From Elusimicrobiota bacterium (GTDB lineage Bacteria; CG03; SLGR01; JBDRKX01), in NCBI GenBank assembly GCA_043813605.1, contig JBDRKX010000022.1, positions 1 to 22,300 of the forward strand: a stretch of 22,300 nucleotides of DNA, written 5' to 3'. This document shows positions 1 through 7,111 of the stretch, piece after piece. Below the pieces are notes generated by a model. That model saw only the letters and a program-made list of their open reading frames with translations, did no database searches and was not told the DNA's origin. Numbering within the stretch: position 1 is the first letter of the stretch; each line of letters opens with the position of its first letter. A program made the position numbers and the translations under genes.

Positions 1-1
1 C

Positions 2-2248
2 GGTTATGATACCAGGGTGCTTGTGCTTAAATACAAGGTTAAGCCCGGGGTCAGTAACGGATATTATTCAAAGCTTATGGGTGTTGACATAAGCCGCTAT
101 GATAATATTGAGTTCTTTGTAAGGGGCGGCCAGAATTTTCCGGGTAAATTTACAGTAGAACTCAAGAACAAGAAAAAAGAAACTTCTCAGGCCCATGTGG
201 TGAACATAGGTCAGAAAGAATGGAAGAGGATAACAATACCACTGGAAGATTTCGGGGATCTTACAGATCTGAGAAACATGACCGAATTGGTTATAGTCTT
301 CAACGGTGATGATCTGGGGCATTCCCACGGAAATATCCTGATCGATGATATCTCTTTTACCGGTTTACCGAAAAAGGAGAGCCCGGGATTGCTGGAAACC
401 AGCAATATGGACCATAAGGATATTGCGCGGCTCACTGACGATGAACTGCTCGATATTATTGAAAGAAAGGCGTTTAACTTTTTCTGGAACGAAACCGATC
501 CCGAGACAGGTTTTATCAGAGACAGGGATACCATACGTTCACCTTCGAGTATAGCCTCCATAGGATTCGGTCTGGCCGCGATATGTATAGCGGATGCCCG
601 GGGATGGATAGAGTCCGACCAGGCGTATGACAGGGTAAGAAAGACACTGGTTTCAATAATAGATAAAGCCGAGCAGCAGAACGGTTTCTATTATCATTTT
701 ATCGATATGAATACCGGGCAGAGGGTATGGAACTCGGAAGTATCTTCCATCGATACTGCGCTTATGCTCGGGGGCGTTATAGTAGCAAAAGAATATTTCC
801 GAAAAAAAGAAATAACACAACTGGCTGACAGAATATACGATGGTATTGAGTGGGCATGGATGCTGGAATCCGGTTCAGGGGCTCTATATATGGGGTGGAC
901 GCCTGAAACTGAATTCGACAGGTTTATACTCTGGGATATGTTTGCAGAAGAGATGCTCATGTATATAATGGCTATAGGCGCTGAGAAGAATCCGGTTCCG
1001 GCCAAGTCATGGGAATCTTTCGACAGGATAACCAAGATTTATAGAAATCATGCTTATATATGCTGTGAAAGCGAGTCCATGTTTACATACCAGTACTCGC
1101 ATGCTTTTGTGGATTTCAGGGAGAAACATGACAAATATACAGATTACTGGGAGAATTCCAAACAGGCGATAGAGGCCGGCATAGATTTTTGCGGCGATCA
1201 TAAAGGGAAATATACCACTTACAGGGAAGGTTTCTGGGGTATATCGGCAAGTGACGGACCGGATGGTTATAGAAATTACGGTGCCACAATATTCACTCAT
1301 GACGGTACGGTATCCCCTTACGCTGTATGTGCAGCTGTCCCGTTTATTCCTGAAGAATCTATATCGATGCTGAGGAAGATGCTTGTCAGTTACGGCGACC
1401 GTATATGGAGTGACGATTATGGTTTTGTGAGTTCCTTTAATCTAGACAAAGAATGGTTCTCTGATGTGCATATAGGGATAGATCTGGGGATATCGCTTTT
1501 GATGATAGAGAATTACAGGACAGGATTTGTCTGGAACTGCTTTATGAAGAACAAGAATATTAAGGCAGGTATGGAAGCAGCAGGTTTTAAATCAGGAACA
1601 ACCAGGATAAAATCATCCGCTGCAAGTATCCAGGCAGGCAATAAGAGTATGTTTCAGAAGGAAGTATATGCCTTAAGGACAAATTCTCCCCACAAGATAG
1701 AGGATAAGGATTTTACGTATTTTGATACGGAAGCGGATCTGGAGCTTGGGCATATAAGAAATATAGATGATCTTAGTGCCAGGTTCGCATTCGAATGGGA
1801 TGACACATATCTTTATTTTACTGTAGAAGTGGAAGATGATGTCGTATATGCTAACAGGGTCAAAGAAGAGATATATAAAGATGATTGTGTTGAACTGTAC
1901 ATCAGCAGTATGGATTCGGATGTGCTTATCTGGGGTAATAAGGATAACTTCCAACTCGGATTTGCTCCTGACAGTCTGGACAGGATCCCGGCGAAATACG
2001 CTTTTTTTCAGAAAATGGACCCCGAAGAGAGCATAAGAATGAAAGTTAGAGGTAAAAAGAGCGGATACAGGATAGAAGTGGCGATCAATTGGGAGTTCCT
2101 GAATATGAAACCTGAAGCAGGCAGTTATATAGGAGTTTCTCCGGCGGTTTTTGATTCGGACGGGCTTGATGATAAGGGTAGAAAACTGAACTGGTTTTTC
2201 AAAAATCAACCGTCTGGAATAATCCTCGGCAGGCTTATACTCAAATGA
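2..2248 (+). CDS. Modular endo-beta-1,2-glucanase-like protein: CBM11-like domain + GH144 (glucoamylase-like, PF10091 type) + C-terminal CBM9/DOMON-like sugar-binding domain; 5'-truncated
   Basis: The frame is open from base 2 (GYDTRVLVLKY...), so the GTG at 17 is probably not the true start. CBM11-like motifs: GYYSKL..DISRY..IEFFVRG, EWKRITIPLEDF, IDDISF. GH144-type motifs: LLDIIERKAFNFFW, SSIASIGFGLAA, EVSSIDTALML, SMFTYQYSH, WGISASDGP, IGIDLG..LLMIENYRTG. C-terminal CBM9-like motifs: DLSARFAFEWDDTYLYF.VEVEDD, KDDCVELY, GYRIEVAINW. Confidence 0.85.
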   Translation, partial: GYDTRVLVLKYKVKPGVSNGYYSKLMGVDISRYDNIEFFVRGGQNFPGKFTVELKNKKKETSQAHVVNIGQKEWKRITIPLEDFGDLTDLRNMTELVIVFNGDDLGHSHGNILIDDISFTGLPKKESPGLLETSNMDHKDIARLTDDELLDIIERKAFNFFWNETDPETGFIRDRDTIRSPSSIASIGFGLAAICIADARGWIESDQAYDRVRKTLVSIIDKAEQQNGFYYHFIDMNTGQRVWNSEVSSIDTALMLGGVIVAKEYFRKKEITQLADRIYDGIEWAWMLESGSGALYMGWTPETEFDRFILWDMFAEEMLMYIMAIGAEKNPVPAKSWESFDRITKIYRNHAYICCESESMFTYQYSHAFVDFREKHDKYTDYWENSKQAIEAGIDFCGDHKGKYTTYREGFWGISASDGPDGYRNYGATIFTHDGTVSPYAVCAAVPFIPEESISMLRKMLVSYGDRIWSDDYGFVSSFNLDKEWFSDVHIGIDLGISLLMIENYRTGFVWNCFMKNKNIKAGMEAAGFKSGTTRIKSSAASIQAGNKSMFQKEVYALRTNSPHKIEDKDFTYFDTEADLELGHIRNIDDLSARFAFEWDDTYLYFTVEVEDDVVYANRVKEEIYKDDCVELYISSMDSDVLIWGNKDNFQLGFAPDSLDRIPAKYAFFQKMDPEESIRMKVRGKKSGYRIEVAINWEFLNMKPEAGSYIGVSPAVFDSDGLDDKGRKLNWFFKNQPSGIILGRLILK

Positions 2249-4128
2249 AAAGGAAACTGTTCCTGCAAACTCTACTGATATTTATCGTGAATTGCTCAGC
2301 CTATTCTGCTGTGATCGATGACATGGATACCCAGTGGAACACTGCGACCGATTCCACTGCAACGATCAATGTTACAGTCACCGGAGGTACGCATAAGCTT
2401 GATTATGATTTTACACCGGGCGGAGAATGGGTTGAGATATATAACGATAATCTTCTTAAACTCGATGTCTCCGCCGGTGATTCGTTCAGGTTCGATTTTA
2501 AGGGATCCGGGTCATCTAATAAGATGAACCTGCAGGTATACGATGCTGATGGCGATACATTCTCCAGGACATTCTCGGGCATAACGGGTATTTCCGAATG
2601 GACACAGTTCACTGTGCCGTTTGTAAGCATGTCTTCCTGGACAGGCACTTCCGGAGACGGTGTGCTAGATACAGCGGCCATAACAAAAATAGCCTTTGCG
2701 GTAGCGCCCGTAACCGGAGGGAGCGGGAGCATAGCGGTCGATGATATAAAGCGTTACGATCTGAATACTGCAGAATATCTTTTAGTATCCAGTTTTGATT
2801 TCGGTACGCCGCCCAATGAAACAGGCGGAAATGAGGGAGTATGGTCAGGAGGAGGAGGAAGTGATCCTTCTAGTTCTTATGCTCCAGGTTACAATAGTAT
2901 TTACAGCGTGCAATTGACATATGATTATACAGGTGGTGGATATGGTGGATACTATATTAAACTGGATCACGATGAGGAGTTGAGTATTGACGGATATACT
3001 CATATGAAATTCTGGCTTAAAAGTGATTTTCCCGGTAAGAGTTTTAAATTGGAATTAAAGGATAAAGATAATAATGTTTCAACTTTTACGGTTACAAATA
3101 CAAAGGATGTTTGGGAAGAAATATCCATTCAACTGAGTAATATGGCAAATTTCAGCACTATTGTATCTTCTGCTGCTAAAGAAATAGTACTGACATTCGA
3201 TAAAAACCCGAAAGTGGGAATTGTCTATATAGATGATCTGCGTTTCACTACATCGGCTGCTTATACTGGAAAAGAAATATCCACAGTAGACGATATGGAT
3301 ACAAGATGCGATCTGTCCGGCTGGGCGGAATACGGACTGGCCGAAGACAGCGGCATAACTACAGTGGACCTGGAAAGTATTGACGGTAATAACGGGAGTG
3401 CCATTGAACTGGATTACAGTTTTAACCGCGCGGCAGTGAATGTCAATGACTGGGTCGTAATGGAGCGCGAGTGGGGCCTTAACCTTGCGGCGGTCGATTC
3501 TCTCAAGGTGAGATACAAGGGAACGGGCGCCGATAATAATATCGAAGTAAAGATGGAGGATGCCAACGGTACGAGGTTCTGGAGAAAATTATTCAAGGTA
3601 ACAGATACCTCCGGTGACTGGAAGGAACTCGATTTGGCTATAAACGATTTTTCGTTCTTTACTGCCGGCGCTAATGGCGAAGAAGAGATCAACCTTAAGA
3701 GGCTCAAGGGCCTCTATTTCACAATATCAAAGAATGAGGGCAGTTCCGGGACCGTCTATGTAGATACGATAGAAGATATTATCAAGAAAAGCTACGAAGC
3801 GGTCCGGACAGGAAAGATCATCCGTAATATAAATATAGAGGACAATCCTTTTTCTCCGAATAATGATGGCGTGGCTGACAGGATAAAATTTTCTTTAACC
3901 CTATCGGCATCTGCGGATGTCAGACTTATCATATATGATCTCTCCGGTTCTAAAGTATACGAAACAGAATCCGGTAATAAAAGTGCCGGCACCGAGTTTT
4001 CTATATACTGGAACGGTAAGGACGATTTCGGCGGTATTGTCAAGAACGGGCTGTATCTTTACAGTATAACAGCTGAAACGGCAAGCGGTAATGACCGCAT
4101 AGATCACGTACTGGGTGTATACAGGTGA
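2245..4128 (+). CDS. Secreted protein with three tandem CBM11/CIA30-like domains and a C-terminal FlgD-Ig / T9SS type-B-like (gliding-motility-associated) sorting domain
   Basis: Signal peptide MKRKLFLQTLLIFIVNCSAYS|A. Three modules each end in a G.(I/V).(V/I)D(D/T)(I/L) motif (GSIAVDDI, GIVYIDDL, GTVYVDTI). The C-terminus NPFSPNNDG...IIYDLSG..V...WNGKDD.G..VKNGLYLY...VLGVYR matches FlgD-Ig/T9SS CTD patterns. ATGA overlap with the upstream stop. No catalytic domain recognised. Confidence 0.8.
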   Translation: MKRKLFLQTLLIFIVNCSAYSAVIDDMDTQWNTATDSTATINVTVTGGTHKLDYDFTPGGEWVEIYNDNLLKLDVSAGDSFRFDFKGSGSSNKMNLQVYDADGDTFSRTFSGITGISEWTQFTVPFVSMSSWTGTSGDGVLDTAAITKIAFAVAPVTGGSGSIAVDDIKRYDLNTAEYLLVSSFDFGTPPNETGGNEGVWSGGGGSDPSSSYAPGYNSIYSVQLTYDYTGGGYGGYYIKLDHDEELSIDGYTHMKFWLKSDFPGKSFKLELKDKDNNVSTFTVTNTKDVWEEISIQLSNMANFSTIVSSAAKEIVLTFDKNPKVGIVYIDDLRFTTSAAYTGKEISTVDDMDTRCDLSGWAEYGLAEDSGITTVDLESIDGNNGSAIELDYSFNRAAVNVNDWVVMEREWGLNLAAVDSLKVRYKGTGADNNIEVKMEDANGTRFWRKLFKVTDTSGDWKELDLAINDFSFFTAGANGEEEINLKRLKGLYFTISKNEGSSGTVYVDTIEDIIKKSYEAVRTGKIIRNINIEDNPFSPNNDGVADRIKFSLTLSASADVRLIIYDLSGSKVYETESGNKSAGTEFSIYWNGKDDFGGIVKNGLYLYSITAETASGNDRIDHVLGVYR

Positions 4129-5003
4129 TGAAGAACAGCTTTGTTCTTATTTTGTTTCTTACGTTGATCATATCGCTGATACCGTCCGCGGTAACAGCGG
4201 GCGCTTTTGATGATGTCTCATTGAATGCCAGGCCCGCCGGTATGGCTGAAGCCTATACTGCAATGAGGGGCGGGCTTGATTGTGCCGTATATAACCCTGC
4301 GGGACATGCGGATATCGATATAGCCGAATGCGTGATGTCATACAGGGATTTTTACGGACTTGGTCTGATAAACCAGAAATTCGCCGGATTTCTTTTTCCC
4401 GACTACAGGGTGAATATCGGGCTCTCATGGCACAGGGTGGGAACAACCGGCAGGGTACAGTTCCTTGAACACGATGAGGATATATATATGCTCACGGTAG
4501 CCGGACATCCGTGGATGATAGACCGGCTTGCGGCAGGTGTGAATTTCAAGTTCTACAGGGTTTTTGCCGAGAGCAATGCATCGGGTTACGGTTTTGACGC
4601 GGGATTACAGTATCACCTTATGGATAACACACTCGGATTCGGTATTTCAGGAAAGAACATAGGAGATATAAAAATATACTGGGATACAGGCGCAGAGGAT
4701 ACACTTAGATCGAATTACTCGTTCGGGACATATTTTGTACCCGTAAAACGGGCGACTATCAGTCTGGATTACATGACAACAGGTGTTACCAATTTCGGCA
4801 TGGAGGTAAATCTGGTGGAAAGGTTGCTGGTGCTGAGAGGTGGGATATCCAGTTCTGACGAAAGAGGGATTATCCCTGCTTCCGGGTTCAGCCTGAATTA
4901 CGGTACTTTAGAATTTGATTATGCTTTTTCCAGGCACAAAGATCTGGGCATGACTCATGTTTTTTCGTTGGTAGTGAAAATAAAACGGGGAGTTTTTAGA
5001 TGA
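4128..5003 (+). CDS. PorV/PorQ/PorP-like (FadL-superfamily, UPF0164-type) outer-membrane beta-barrel protein
   Basis: Signal peptide ending VTA-GA. Family motif NARPAGMAEAYTA......AVYNPAG, then GYGFDAGLQY and C-terminal FDYAFSRHKDLGMTHVFSL. Start is ATG 4128 (TGATG overlap) or GTG 4125. Confidence 0.75.
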   Translation: MKNSFVLILFLTLIISLIPSAVTAGAFDDVSLNARPAGMAEAYTAMRGGLDCAVYNPAGHADIDIAECVMSYRDFYGLGLINQKFAGFLFPDYRVNIGLSWHRVGTTGRVQFLEHDEDIYMLTVAGHPWMIDRLAAGVNFKFYRVFAESNASGYGFDAGLQYHLMDNTLGFGISGKNIGDIKIYWDTGAEDTLRSNYSFGTYFVPVKRATISLDYMTTGVTNFGMEVNLVERLLVLRGGISSSDERGIIPASGFSLNYGTLEFDYAFSRHKDLGMTHVFSLVVKIKRGVFR

Positions 5004-7111
5004 ATAACAACAGCACAATGATAAAACTATTACTGGTTTCTTTCCTTATAAGTATATCAGTAGTATCGGTCTCTGATTGCGGGATACTTATCGTAGATGA
5101 TTTTGAAAACAGGAGTTTTGTCAACAGTCTGGGCAAAAACAGTAATGCGTGGGTGAACAATCCTGCGGACAAAACGCTGTGGGTAAAGCCTGAATTCACC
5201 AGAGAGAGCAGGGGATACTCGCTGAAACTTGTCTATGACATTGATTCTGCTATAACATATCTTGCCAGTCCCACGTACCTGATGGATTATTCGGAATATA
5301 CTATTCTCGGACAGGCTGACCGGATACCGCATACCGGTTATGGAGGTTACTATTTCCTGACCGGGGATATTGATATCAGCGGATTTAAATATCTTGTCTT
5401 TTTTGCCAGGGGCGATGAAGAAAACGGTTATACAAGGCGTTTTAAGATAGAGCTCAAGACAAAAAACCGTTCGAGCAGCTATATAGTCGACGGTGTTACA
5501 AATAAATGGAAGAGATTCGTCATCCCGTTAAGTGTATTTGACGGACTTGTCAGCATGAAGAATATCATGGAATTGACAATAGTGCTGAACGAGAATGTTA
5601 CGGATAAAAAAGGTGTACTCTATTTTGACGATATCTATTTCGCAACGGATCCTTATGAAGGGCCCGGTATGTTCGGCCGGCAGGCCAGTGATCCGCGATT
5701 ATCGGACACGAAAACAGATCAGTCTGTGTTTATGACCGGTGATGTCAGTATGAACTACAGATACACACCTGAAAGGGAAAATGAAATATTTCATGCTGAG
5801 GGACTGACACTGCAGGGACAGACAGGCAGGGTTACGGGCAGGATCAATGCTTCATTCGACAGCCAGGAATACGGCGAATCGGCATACAGCGAGGATTCCG
5901 ATGAATATCCTTATTCAGAGTTGAAAACAGACACATCGAATATAGTGTTGAAAACCGTTCAGCTGAATATAGAAAGGCTCGATCCTATGGTGAACAAACT
6001 TACTCTGGGGCATATCTGGATCGGGTATTCACCATATAATATCGCACCTGCCTGGGGCTGGAAGGGAGTGTCAATAAAAGGCAGGAAAGGCATGTTTGAA
6101 CATGATACTTTTCTGATCAAAAGGCAGTACAGCTCTTTTTCTCTTGGAAACAGGAGTCTCTATTACGCGGGTGACCACAGGCTGAAAGTGACTGCCCTGT
6201 ATGATAAAAAAACTGCCAAACTGGATACGTCAAGTCAGTCTGGCGGCAGTCTCTCCGGTGATGATGCATGGACGATAAAACCTGTAAGTTCTGAGTATTC
6301 ATATCTTGTGTCTGCTCTGATGAGGTTCCTGAACTACAGGGTCAACTGCGAATTGACATACGGTTACTATAATTTTGAACAAAAAGCGGAGGCGGATTAT
6401 TCTACCGCGAAATATCCGGTTTATAGTCATGCAGTCTCATCGCCGGCAGTAAATGACAGCATGTATGAAGCAAAGCTCCTGCTTGACGGTATATCCAGAG
6501 GAACGAACATATGCATATCTTACAGGGACATCGGCAGGTATTTCCGGCCGGAATTCCGTATGGAGCCGGTTGTCTTTGAAGATGTATACGCAGATAAAGA
6601 AGTCTACGGTATCAGGCTCAAGCAGTGGTATGACCAATATAATATCAATCTTTACTGGGATGATTTTGTCCGAAAATCAAACAGTGCTTATTCTGGTAAT
6701 ACGGTCAATTTCGGTGTAGGTTACCTGGGATCCAGGAATATGGAATTGACCCTGAATTCTGAGATAAAAGAAGAGAAATACAAGAATTCGGAATTGAGTA
6801 TAGACAGGGACGAAAGAGTGGAGAGTATAATCCTGGCGTTCCAGTACAGCCTGATATATCCTCTTACTCCCGGTGTGAGGTATCCTCTTACTCCAAAGAT
6901 CACATTCAGGGAAGACAGGATATCACATGGATCAACGGGAAGCAGCTATATCACACATTCCATGCAGATCGATGTCTCGTACAGGGTAGAGACCGATTTC
7001 GGTTTTTCAATAAGCTATAAGACAACGCGTTACGGTGATCCTTCCTGGGAGCCGCAAGGATCTCCCTATGATGATAATAACCTGAATATGTATTTTAATA
7101 TGAGATTTTGA
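5000..7111 (+). CDS. Putative outer-membrane protein: N-terminal CBM11-like domain fused to a large predicted beta-barrel
   Basis: Hydrophobic signal (MIKLLLVSFLISISVVSV; alternative start at 5018). CBM11-like module: LIVDDFE, SLKLVYD, GYGGYY, FKIELK, KWKRFVIPLSVF, GVLYFDDIYF. About 460 following residues show alternating hydrophobic/polar strands rich in Tyr/Phe and end in NLNMYFNMRF with a terminal Phe (BAM beta-signal-like). The barrel call is inference. Confidence 0.65.
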   Translation: MNNNSTMIKLLLVSFLISISVVSVSDCGILIVDDFENRSFVNSLGKNSNAWVNNPADKTLWVKPEFTRESRGYSLKLVYDIDSAITYLASPTYLMDYSEYTILGQADRIPHTGYGGYYFLTGDIDISGFKYLVFFARGDEENGYTRRFKIELKTKNRSSSYIVDGVTNKWKRFVIPLSVFDGLVSMKNIMELTIVLNENVTDKKGVLYFDDIYFATDPYEGPGMFGRQASDPRLSDTKTDQSVFMTGDVSMNYRYTPERENEIFHAEGLTLQGQTGRVTGRINASFDSQEYGESAYSEDSDEYPYSELKTDTSNIVLKTVQLNIERLDPMVNKLTLGHIWIGYSPYNIAPAWGWKGVSIKGRKGMFEHDTFLIKRQYSSFSLGNRSLYYAGDHRLKVTALYDKKTAKLDTSSQSGGSLSGDDAWTIKPVSSEYSYLVSALMRFLNYRVNCELTYGYYNFEQKAEADYSTAKYPVYSHAVSSPAVNDSMYEAKLLLDGISRGTNICISYRDIGRYFRPEFRMEPVVFEDVYADKEVYGIRLKQWYDQYNINLYWDDFVRKSNSAYSGNTVNFGVGYLGSRNMELTLNSEIKEEKYKNSELSIDRDERVESIILAFQYSLIYPLTPGVRYPLTPKITFREDRISHGSTGSSYITHSMQIDVSYRVETDFGFSISYKTTRYGDPSWEPQGSPYDDNNLNMYFNMRF
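6857..6894 (+). repeat. 14-bp direct repeat TATCCTCTTACTCC with 24-bp period
   Basis: Copies at 6857-6870 and 6881-6894, encoding YPLTP-GVR-YPLTP in the putative barrel. Confidence 0.85.

Noticed and set aside
17..19. GTG as the start of the GH144 gene
   Set aside because: The frame is open to the window edge and the GTG falls inside a CBM-like domain, so the gene is probably truncated.
434..1590. Glucoamylase/starch-degrading function and maltose import
   Set aside because: The motifs fit the GH144 family that is often labelled 'glucoamylase-like', not GH15, and no alpha-glucan enzymes are present.
5000..7111. TonB-dependent receptor (SusC-like) call
   Set aside because: No TonB box, plug motif or SusC signature was recognisable, and no SusD-like lipoprotein is adjacent.
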